Shown one piece after another: positions 39,900 through 48,391 of a stretch of DNA of 64,000 nucleotides. The position numbers and the translations under genes are program-made. Position 1 is the stretch's first letter; each line of letters begins with the position of its first letter. The stretch is from Chitinophagaceae bacterium (GTDB lineage: Bacteria > Bacteroidota > Bacteroidia > Chitinophagales > Chitinophagaceae): NCBI GenBank assembly GCA_037718865.1, contig JBBJMP010000017.1, forward strand, positions 12,926 through 76,925, in the 5' to 3' direction. Under the pieces are notes generated by a model. It was not told the origin of the DNA, made no database searches, and worked only from the letters and a program-made list of their open reading frames with translations.

Positions 39900-40691
39900 A
39901 TGAACCACTGTTTTTCGATTAAAAATAAATTGTTCTGGGCACTATTGGTCATAACCACCGTTAATGTACAGGTAAATGCCCAAGCGCCTACACCTCCGCC
40001 CATGGTACCGGAAATGACAGAATTTTGGGAGCCACAGATTTCGGTAGTTAAACCAGGGAAAGCATCTGATAATGCCTTCATTACTGCACCCTCTGATGCT
40101 ATCATTCTTTTTGATGGTAAAGACTTGTCTAAATGGAAAGACAAAGATGGAGCCCCTGCAAAATGGGAAGTAAAAGATGGCGTATTCACAGTAAAAAAGG
40201 GTTTGGGAGATATTAGTACAATTCAGCACTTCAACGATTTTCAGCTTCATATAGAATGGTCCGTTCCTTCAAATATTACCGGAAAGAGCCAGGCCCGTGG
40301 GAATAGCGGTATTTTTCTGCAGGGAGTATACGAATTACAGGTGCTCGATAGTTACAATAACCGAACCTACTCCAACGGCCAGGCCGGTAGTATATACAAA
40401 CAAATCGCTCCGCTAAAAAACGCCATGCGGCCGCCAGGAGAATGGAATGTTTATGATGTAATCTATACTGCTCCGCGTTTTAAGGGAGATAGTTCATTGT
40501 TCTCTCCAGCGCGTGTTACTATCATTCACAACGGAGTATTAATTCAAAACAATACTGTGATAACAGGAAACACTCCTTACATAGGTTTGCCGAAATACAC
40601 TTTTCATGGCAGAGGGCCCATCAAGCTTCAGGATCATGGAGATCCCAGTGCACCTCTTAACTATCGAAATATCTGGATAAGGGAGCTATAA
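39900..40691 (+). CDS. DUF1080 (3-keto-disaccharide hydrolase-like) domain protein
   Basis: 263 aa with a signal peptide. Typical LFDGKDLSKW...W.VKDG, NSGIFL and LQDHGDP...YRNIWIREL motifs. Confidence 0.88.
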   Translation: MNHCFSIKNKLFWALLVITTVNVQVNAQAPTPPPMVPEMTEFWEPQISVVKPGKASDNAFITAPSDAIILFDGKDLSKWKDKDGAPAKWEVKDGVFTVKKGLGDISTIQHFNDFQLHIEWSVPSNITGKSQARGNSGIFLQGVYELQVLDSYNNRTYSNGQAGSIYKQIAPLKNAMRPPGEWNVYDVIYTAPRFKGDSSLFSPARVTIIHNGVLIQNNTVITGNTPYIGLPKYTFHGRGPIKLQDHGDPSAPLNYRNIWIREL

Positions 40692-40837
40692 ACATTTTTC
40701 ATCATCACCCCAACAAACGCACCTCCGCCTTCCGCAGTGCATCCTGTTTAAGTTTATATTTAAACGAAGATTAAACTTTTTATCAATGAATTGCTGATGG
40801 TATATCATGGCGTAACGGCGGTTACCCGGCAATTTAA

Positions 40838-40990
40838 ACCCGCTGTTTTCCAAAGGTTGATGATGAGGCTACCATTATTGTTGAATATCCGACTGCGCAA
40901 TGTATCATACAGGCATCGTGGAACTGGCCTTTTAGCAGGGTTCCCATCGGGTTGGTGTTGCCGGGCTCCATAAGTCCAGCCAAATCATGA
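40838..40990 (+). pseudogene. Gfo/Idh/MocA oxidoreductase C-terminal relic
   Basis: KVDDEATIIVEYPTAQCIIQASWNWPFSR in an open frame with no start. The rest of the gene is absent. Confidence 0.5.
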
Positions 40991-41106
40991 TTGAAACATT
41001 TTGTACCTGCCATATTTTATCTAGCACTCTCCAAATCGTTCTATAATAATTTTCTTCCCTAACAAAGCTAAAAATGTTGTACTAATTTACATTACTTACC
41101 ACCCCG

Positions 41107-41568
41107 ATGGGAAAAGAAAAGAAAATAGTATTATTTGTCATAATCGTAGCAATCACAGCCATCTTTCTTCTGATCTACAGATATGAGAAGCTGTTGATAG
41201 AAAGGGAAATGGATTATAAGGAGCTTAATAAAATCATCGACGGGGTAAAGATAAAACACGATTACACCAAGTCGGAAATAATCAATTTAATCAAGGCTAT
41301 TCCGGAATATCTAGGAGATTCTTTAACCATCTATGAAAACGGCGAGATGACAAGCTCAAATGAAAAGTTCAATGGAACGCTCAAGGCTGTTATCAATTCC
41401 AGTGGAAACATGGAAATGGTCAAGAACGAAATGAAACTTAACAATCTGCCATTACAGTATAACATTTACCGAATGGCCGCAGGCTTTTACAGGACACAAT
41501 ACCAGGGTGAGTTTAAAACGGATTCCGTATTCCGCGTACAAGGCGATTCAGCTAAAAATAGCCATTGA
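41107..41568 (+). CDS. Hypothetical protein with N-terminal TM anchor
   Basis: 153 aa. Its stop overlaps the start of the next ORF. Confidence 0.55.
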   Translation: MGKEKKIVLFVIIVAITAIFLLIYRYEKLLIEREMDYKELNKIIDGVKIKHDYTKSEIINLIKAIPEYLGDSLTIYENGEMTSSNEKFNGTLKAVINSSGNMEMVKNEMKLNNLPLQYNIYRMAAGFYRTQYQGEFKTDSVFRVQGDSAKNSH

Positions 41569-43334
41569 TGTTAACCATAATCCTGAGCTGGGTATACATA
41601 ACTGTAATTAGCTTTTTAATTGGCTTTTTATTCACCCAACTTGTCAGGCGGATATTTTCATTAAAAATAACGAATATCCATTTTTCAATCATTGCAATAA
41701 ATGGGTTCCTTTTTTTGTCGTTTCTAATAGCTGTTTGTTCTCTTTTTTACAAAATCGATTTATTGGCGAACGTTTTCACTTTACTGCTGGCAGTCTTATC
41801 ATATATAATTTACAAAAAGAATATTTATCAAGCATTGAGGGAGTATTTAAATGAAATAAAAAGTGCTTCAAAGCTTACCTGGTTATTTTTTGTATTCTTT
41901 GTTGTTGTTATGGCCGCAATATCCTACATCCCTTCTTCAAATGCTGACGATATCGGATGTTTTTCCCCGCTCATCAAGTGGATACAGGAATACGGCACAG
42001 TAAAAGGTTTAGCCAACCTTGATCCCAGGTTCGGATATAATAGCTCCTGGTTCGGCTTACAAAGTTTATTCGGTTTTGCATTTTTAAACATAGGATTATT
42101 TAATGATCTCAACTCACTCTTATTTCTCTACATGCTGATCTATGCTTTAAAGAACATAAATCTGCTACTACAGGGACAAAGCGATTTCCTGACTTATTTT
42201 AAGTCTCTGTTCTTTTTACCTGTGTTACCCATGTATTTTGGCTTCGAGCACGATATGATGTTATACAGTATCCAGTTCTTTACCAATTCTACTTATGATA
42301 TCCCGGTGACTTACGGAATGTGGATGGTGTTTTTTCTTTTCCTGGAATTAAATACAAAAAAAGAAAAGTACATCGATTCGTTGAATACATACCTGATCAT
42401 TATCTATTCAGCATGGCTGGTTACAGTAAAATTGAACGCTGTTCCCTTAATAATCATTACCACGTTCCTGCTTGGTACATTAATGTATAACAGGAAATAT
42501 AAGCATGTTGCAATAATTACAGGTATGGGATTGGCGATTATTGCACCCTGGATGTTTAAAACAGTGCTTTCATGCGGATACCTGATTTTCCCGTTTGAAG
42601 AGATCAATTTATTGGATGTAGACTGGAAACTTTCTGAACGGGCAGTAGTATTTATTGAAAACTCCATTACAACCTGGGCTATCGATCCCGAGAAGTACGG
42701 ATCGCGTGAATTTGCAACTGATCGGGTGCATTTTTCGGTTCCGTTGTCTGAATGGTTTCCCATTTGGTACGGGAGACAAAATTATATTAACACAATTATT
42801 TTTTTCAGTACTATAGCCATTACAATTGCCTTCATCAGTTTCGCAGTAATACAGGTTACCAGGCAAAGAAGGCATTTTTTTTCTACCAACGGTATATATC
42901 AGGTCTTTATTCTTACGATAATAGCCGGTGCCTTCCTATGGTTTTTCAAAGGACCGTTGTTCCGGTATGGTTACGGATATTTATTATTCTATTGTATGTT
43001 TGGCCTTACCATGTTTGTTTACTATTTCCTGAAAGATTTTCATGCGGCCTACCTGGGTATTTTTATACTGGCATACATCTTTTATACCGGTGTATATTAT
43101 GCAGACTTTGTACAAACGTACTGCAGCGAGCATTTAATTAAAGGGGCGCCCGGTATTACTGTTCCTGCATATAAAAAAGAACCATTCGACAAGGGAACCG
43201 TTATACATATCGTTGAGAGCGGGTGTGGAAATGCACCTTTACCGGCTTCACCAGGGTTTGTTTATACAATCTTACGTCCTGCGCTTAGAGGTAAATCTAT
43301 TAAAGAGGGATTCAGGCATCGATCCAGGCTTTGA
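41565..43334 (+). CDS. Large polytopic membrane protein (about 14 predicted TM segments), possibly a GT-C / O-antigen-polymerase-like glycan-handling enzyme
   Basis: 589 aa, strongly hydrophobic throughout. The loop motif VKGLANLDPRFGYNSSWFGLQSLF recalls the LIC_10190-type membrane protein family (from memory, unverified). Confidence 0.7.
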   Translation: MMLTIILSWVYITVISFLIGFLFTQLVRRIFSLKITNIHFSIIAINGFLFLSFLIAVCSLFYKIDLLANVFTLLLAVLSYIIYKKNIYQALREYLNEIKSASKLTWLFFVFFVVVMAAISYIPSSNADDIGCFSPLIKWIQEYGTVKGLANLDPRFGYNSSWFGLQSLFGFAFLNIGLFNDLNSLLFLYMLIYALKNINLLLQGQSDFLTYFKSLFFLPVLPMYFGFEHDMMLYSIQFFTNSTYDIPVTYGMWMVFFLFLELNTKKEKYIDSLNTYLIIIYSAWLVTVKLNAVPLIIITTFLLGTLMYNRKYKHVAIITGMGLAIIAPWMFKTVLSCGYLIFPFEEINLLDVDWKLSERAVVFIENSITTWAIDPEKYGSREFATDRVHFSVPLSEWFPIWYGRQNYINTIIFFSTIAITIAFISFAVIQVTRQRRHFFSTNGIYQVFILTIIAGAFLWFFKGPLFRYGYGYLLFYCMFGLTMFVYYFLKDFHAAYLGIFILAYIFYTGVYYADFVQTYCSEHLIKGAPGITVPAYKKEPFDKGTVIHIVESGCGNAPLPASPGFVYTILRPALRGKSIKEGFRHRSRL

Positions 43335-43338
43335 TTAA

Positions 43339-43665
43339 TTACAGGTTTTCACTGGCGTTATCAATGGCATCGTTCCGGATAAATTCTGTCATATTCTTCT
43401 CCAGTTCCTTGATCTTTCCGTAAGAAAGCAGAAAACAAAAGAGAAAGAAAAGGATAGCCAGATAAAAGATTAGGTCTGCTCCCCTGCCGATGCCTATAAA
43501 TTTAGCCAGCTTGCTCGTTATATCGGGGTATAATACTAGAACCATCCCCATAAGCAATAAACCTATAAAAAAGATCCTATCCAGGATTTTACTTCTCACT
43601 TTTATTAGATAAAAAGCTAACAGCATTAGTATGCCGGTTAACAGGATTAATTTAGCAGATATCAT
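43339..43665 (-). CDS. DUF2304-family small membrane protein
   Basis: 108 aa, three to four TM segments, with a GIGRGADLIFY loop. Its start overlaps the GT2 stop by 4 nt. Confidence 0.7.
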   Translation of the reverse strand: MISAKLILLTGILMLLAFYLIKVRSKILDRIFFIGLLLMGMVLVLYPDITSKLAKFIGIGRGADLIFYLAILFFLFCFLLSYGKIKELEKNMTEFIRNDAIDNASENL

Positions 43666-44369
43666 TTGATTATCTTTTTTATAAATAGTTCGAAAAGAAT
43701 ATTTATCGCTCCTGTTGAACGCTGCCCTTTATGAAGAGAATAATCCGTATAGTGGATCGTGACCGGTACTTCAATGTATTTTAAGCCGCTTTTCCTGATG
43801 AGCGTAATTATTTCAGTAGCGTGTGCAAAGCGGTTTTGTGTCAGCTTTATTTTTTTAATGGCTTGCCCATTCATTGCCCGCAGCCCATTATGGGCGTCTG
43901 ATAGGTGAACTCCGGTTAAAACATTATTTACCTGGCGGGCAATTTTCAGTAATCTGAGCCGTAGAGGTGGAATCGTGTTTTGTGTTGTGTTACCAAGGAA
44001 CCGGGATCCCAATACAATGTCCGCATCACCCTTAATTATCGGTTCAACGAGCGTTTTGATACTGGACTGATCATGCTGGCCATCTGCATCAAAATGAACA
44101 ACAATGCAATGTTCTACATTATCTTTCTTATTCAAGATGTAAGAGGATGCTGTTTGTAACGCAGCGCCCTGTCCTAAATTAATTTTATGCCTGAGAAAGA
44201 TAACAGGGAACCCCTTCAGGTGAGGCCTGATATTTTTTTCGGAACCATCATCAACCACAATAATCGAATAATTGGAATAGGAGTCTAGTAATTTAGTTAT
44301 TGTATTCCTTAATATATCTATGTCCTCATTATATACGGGTATAACGATAAAGATATTATACTCAGTCAT
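43662..44369 (-). CDS. Family 2 glycosyltransferase (polyprenol-phosphate sugar transferase-like)
   Basis: IVIPVYNE, VVDDGS and FDADGQHD motifs typical of GtrB/DPM1-like GT2 enzymes. Confidence 0.88.
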   Translation of the reverse strand: MTEYNIFIVIPVYNEDIDILRNTITKLLDSYSNYSIIVVDDGSEKNIRPHLKGFPVIFLRHKINLGQGAALQTASSYILNKKDNVEHCIVVHFDADGQHDQSSIKTLVEPIIKGDADIVLGSRFLGNTTQNTIPPLRLRLLKIARQVNNVLTGVHLSDAHNGLRAMNGQAIKKIKLTQNRFAHATEIITLIRKSGLKYIEVPVTIHYTDYSLHKGQRSTGAINILFELFIKKIIK

Positions 44370-44620
44370 AGAAATTACAATAAGATATTACAGTATACCT
44401 TGCTTTAGAATTGACTATAGCTATTTTAAAGTTACTATAAATCCTATTTTTAGTCATCATTCACACTTCAGTTCTCCCCCTGCCGTATTCGGGCGGCTTT
44501 CTGAATAACCGAAGAATAAACCAATAAATAACAAGATCAGGAAAGTGAAAAATGGCTAAGTACGAATTTTAATTGCCTGATTTCTGCCTGGTAGTAAAAG
44601 CAAAGGATAAATTACCGTAT

Positions 44621-44878
44621 TTAAGGCTGTTTTGTTCCTTTCTGCCTTAAAATGAGGGAAAATTTTTGAACATAGTCCCGCCCCATTTCAAATAATTCTT
44701 TTTGAAGTTTTGGAAGGCCAGTAATATTATTAGAAGACGCCTGACGCAATAATTGATTTGCTTTTAAATTGAGAATATTTGCGAAACGCGGTAATCTTTT
44801 AATTAATGAAACCCTGTCAAGAGACGATTGAGCGCATTTCTGAAACTCAAAAACATAAGTTTTATAAAATGATTTCAT
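44621..44878 (-). CDS. Hypothetical protein (85 aa)
   Basis: ORF only, with no recognised family. Confidence 0.35.
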   Translation of the reverse strand: MKSFYKTYVFEFQKCAQSSLDRVSLIKRLPRFANILNLKANQLLRQASSNNITGLPKLQKELFEMGRDYVQKFSLILRQKGTKQP

Positions 44879-44940
44879 ATCAAAAAGGTACGGGAATTAT
44901 TTAAGGAGTAGACTTAATAAAATTGAAACTAAGGGTTTCC

Positions 44941-47900
44941 CTAAATTTTCCTTGTTTCCTTTTTTACGTCTTCAAGCGGATGTTGTTTGAGCAACTCTTC
45001 GGGAGAATAGAAACCGGTTTTGCCTTTAGTGGCCGCCCTCACTTGTTTAACTTTCTCCGGTGAAATAGTGGAAGCCTTATTTCCAAATGAATTGCGTACA
45101 TACGTCAATACGGCCGCTATCTCATCGTCCTTGAGCATGCCTCCGAAAGGAGTCATAGGTACTTGTCCGGCATACTTGCGATCAAGCACTTCGATCGGTC
45201 CATGGAGTCCTTTCAGCACCAGCTTAATCAGGCGTTCATCGTTTCCGGTTACCCATTCAGTGCCGGCTAGCGGGGGAAATCCGGAGGCCGAAAGACCTGT
45301 ACCATCGGGCTGATGGCAGGTAATGCAGAACCCTTCCCTGGCATAGATCGCTTTTCCCTTGACAAAATATTCGCGATCAGCTCCTTTCAGATCCGTCTGA
45401 ACTATCCCTTCTTTTTTCTCTTTGACCGACCTTCCCTGAAGGTGCGCCAGTGCTGTTTCATGGGCATGTACCATCCATTCATCAAGTGACTTTTTGCCCG
45501 CTTCGTTCACTATGGCGAGGCCCTTCTCCTTGTTGAGCCAGGAAGCGGCAACTATCGCTTCTAGGCGAACACGGCCATGTGCATCGCCGGCTGCCTGCAG
45601 AAGAAGTTCTGCCTGATCTGCGACCTGGTGACCAGTATAACGCAGTACCCGTACGCTGGCGGCCCGGGCCCTGTAATCCTTTGCGTGCAGTAACTGACGA
45701 AGCAGTTTTTGGTCTACCTGATTAAGTCCCCAGCTCACCCATAATGCTTCGAGCAAATGGTGCTCATACTTCTTGTCATTTTTTTCGAGTTTGGAGACCC
45801 AGCTACTCATATGGGAAAGTACATCAGCTGCCTTACGCCCGCGGAGTTCGCGACGGGTGCGGTATCTTGTCCTATATTCAGGTAGTTTTAAATTATCCAG
45901 CAGTTCGTCGATGCCAGCCCCTGCTACGCGGGCCGGTTTGACCAACGGGCGCGAAGGATAGGTGATGCGATATATTCGTCCATGTGAGTGATCACGTAAG
46001 GGATCGCGTGCATTGTGTTGCATGTGACCGATCAGCACATTATGCCAATCGGCGAAATACAGGGAGCCATCCGGGGCAAATTCCATATCTACCGGTCTAA
46101 AATTTTTATCCTCTCCCTGCACGAGGTCTTGCCGGTGTCTACTTTTATAACCGGTACCACTGTCTACCATCGTATGTTGTTTCATGCCTAAAAATCCAAT
46201 GGTATTATTAATGAGCAGGTCTCCCTGTACATTGTCAGGGAAGTGGCGACTGGATACTACCTCCAGGCCCGAGGTAGGCCTTACCCTATGTTCTTTTTGA
46301 ATCAGGTCGAACGATTTGTGCGTGGCAACGCCATACCGAGACTTAACGGAACCGGGCATCATCCAGCGAACATCCGGGCTGGAAGTCTCGGCAAAAAAAT
46401 TCTGTCCCCATTCGTCAAATGCAATGCCCCAGGGATTAGGGATTGAAAGCTGAGCGGTTCGTTCAAGCTGACGGCGATTGGGATTATAACGATAGAAACC
46501 TCCATTGGTAGCACGGACAGGCCCGTAAGACGTTTCCACGTTGGTGTGTAAGAAAACACCTTCACCCATATAAATGGCACCGGAAGGGTCCGCACAGAAA
46601 GCATGATGTGCATGATGCGTGTCGTGATCGTCAAATCCACTAAAAAGTATTTCTTTCTTATCCGCCATGTCGTCGCCGTCCGTGTCCGTAAAGAGCATGA
46701 AATTAGTGCCCTGGGAAATATAAACGCCCTCCGGTGCAATCTCAAAACCGACGGGAACGTGTAACCCTTTGGCGAAAACAGTCTGCTTGTCTGCTTTACC
46801 ATCGGCATTAGTATCTTCCAGTATGATGATCTTGTCATCGGGCCTTTTGTCTCCCGGCTTGTAATGCGGATAACTGGGCATGGTTGCAACCCAAAGTCGG
46901 CCCTTGTTATCGAACGATATCTGGCAGGGTTTCGCCAAATCGGGAAACTCCTGTTCGGAAGCAAAGAGTTCGATCTTATATCCTGGCGCAGCCTTGAGTT
47001 GCGCAAGCGCCTCTTCTCCGTACAGGTATCGGAGATTTCCATTCTTCTCACTTGACTTATAATTTGTCTTTACCTCCGGCAACTTCTTCGTTTTTTGATC
47101 AGCAGCGCTTACATCCATACTTTGTCCCTTAACCGCAGACCAGATGGCCTCATCTCTTACCGCCGTCATTTCACGGATCTTTGCAATTTCAGCGGGATAG
47201 TTCTCCGGTCCAAAGGGGTCGTACCGACGGCCAAATACATGCACACCGTTGGGGATCTTAAAGTCATTATGCCACATCCAGTTTTTTTCGAGGACGGCTG
47301 CGCGCACCGAAGCACGATAAGCTTCTGCTTTAGCCTCTGTTTTACCAAAAATCTGATCGGCCAGTAGCACGGAAAATTTTGCATACCCGGCGTCGTTAAG
47401 CTGTGAACCATCTGTTGTCAGTGGCGCATCGCTATCAGTAAACCATTCCTTTGAGGGTTCGTATGCATTTAAAAAGTGTACGTTGTTGCCCGTCGCTACC
47501 TCTTCCATTGCCTTGGTATACAGGGCCAGATTGACATTCTCCTTTTTTCCATCCGGAAGGTCAGATTGTTTGGAAAGGTCTTCAAATGCAATCGGTGAAA
47601 CAATGGCAAGCTGAGGCGGCGATTGTCCATTGTATTTTTTACTTAATGTATACTTGATAAACGCGTCAAGTTCTGCTTTGTAATTCTCAAGTCCTGCTTC
47701 CCCCTGAAATGATTCGTTATACCCGAAGAAGGCTATGATGATATCCGCTTTAAGTCTGGTAAGCCACTCATCCTCCGTTTCAAAATGTCCCTGGCTATCT
47801 GAATAAGTAGCAAGTTCGGTTTGGAATTTTTCAGCACCGGGGAAAGCCCATGGTGACACGCGGCCCGCATGAGGCCTGAACCCGGGAGTGTTCCCGCCGT

Positions 47901-48126
47901 CACACATATTACGGATAAAAAGCAGACTATCCGGGTTACGGAGATGCATCTCCGTCTCGAAATGGCCAAAATTCATCATCCTAGAACCAAGGTTGTTTCC
48001 GATTAAAACAATGCGGGATCTTTTGTTGATTTTAAGCGGGGTTGACGTTGATCCGGTAAACTGAAATGCGCATAACGTAACGGCTAAGATGCCAATGGCT
48101 AGGAGCACTATATACAGATTCCTCAT
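44941..48126 (-). CDS. PVC-type heme-binding CxxCH protein: SGNH/GDSL-like N-domain, dehydrogenase-like propeller, HEAT-like repeats, C-terminal cytochrome c
   Basis: 1061 aa. IVLIGNNLG (SGNH block I-like), a central DG..D.DGKAD propeller region, and CITCHQPDG heme motif near the C-terminus. Confidence 0.85.
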   Translation of the reverse strand: MRNLYIVLLAIGILAVTLCAFQFTGSTSTPLKINKRSRIVLIGNNLGSRMMNFGHFETEMHLRNPDSLLFIRNMCDGGNTPGFRPHAGRVSPWAFPGAEKFQTELATYSDSQGHFETEDEWLTRLKADIIIAFFGYNESFQGEAGLENYKAELDAFIKYTLSKKYNGQSPPQLAIVSPIAFEDLSKQSDLPDGKKENVNLALYTKAMEEVATGNNVHFLNAYEPSKEWFTDSDAPLTTDGSQLNDAGYAKFSVLLADQIFGKTEAKAEAYRASVRAAVLEKNWMWHNDFKIPNGVHVFGRRYDPFGPENYPAEIAKIREMTAVRDEAIWSAVKGQSMDVSAADQKTKKLPEVKTNYKSSEKNGNLRYLYGEEALAQLKAAPGYKIELFASEQEFPDLAKPCQISFDNKGRLWVATMPSYPHYKPGDKRPDDKIIILEDTNADGKADKQTVFAKGLHVPVGFEIAPEGVYISQGTNFMLFTDTDGDDMADKKEILFSGFDDHDTHHAHHAFCADPSGAIYMGEGVFLHTNVETSYGPVRATNGGFYRYNPNRRQLERTAQLSIPNPWGIAFDEWGQNFFAETSSPDVRWMMPGSVKSRYGVATHKSFDLIQKEHRVRPTSGLEVVSSRHFPDNVQGDLLINNTIGFLGMKQHTMVDSGTGYKSRHRQDLVQGEDKNFRPVDMEFAPDGSLYFADWHNVLIGHMQHNARDPLRDHSHGRIYRITYPSRPLVKPARVAGAGIDELLDNLKLPEYRTRYRTRRELRGRKAADVLSHMSSWVSKLEKNDKKYEHHLLEALWVSWGLNQVDQKLLRQLLHAKDYRARAASVRVLRYTGHQVADQAELLLQAAGDAHGRVRLEAIVAASWLNKEKGLAIVNEAGKKSLDEWMVHAHETALAHLQGRSVKEKKEGIVQTDLKGADREYFVKGKAIYAREGFCITCHQPDGTGLSASGFPPLAGTEWVTGNDERLIKLVLKGLHGPIEVLDRKYAGQVPMTPFGGMLKDDEIAAVLTYVRNSFGNKASTISPEKVKQVRAATKGKTGFYSPEELLKQHPLEDVKKETRKI

Positions 48127-48391
48127 ACTATTCCTCTTTTTATTGTTCAGGTAAAGTTATTTACAATTTATATAACCGACGTTGATAAGTTAAGCAACCG
48201 AATAAGGCAGTAATGGTGAATTTAAGAAGGATTCTTTTTATTAACCCTCATCCCCTGACAGAATCCTTAAATTTGCTTCTGAAAATTTATCAGGGATGTG
48301 AACCTAATGACTTTCTTCCGGCTTTACAAAAGTTATTACCGCTGTTCATTTATAAACCTCGAATATGTAAAACAACTTCTATCATTGTCAT

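Noticed and set aside
46359-47051. A 230-aa ORF on the minus strand
   Set aside because: It is an alternative frame inside the 1061-aa PVC-type heme protein gene. The composition is Arg/Ser/Pro-rich and the ORF shows no motifs.
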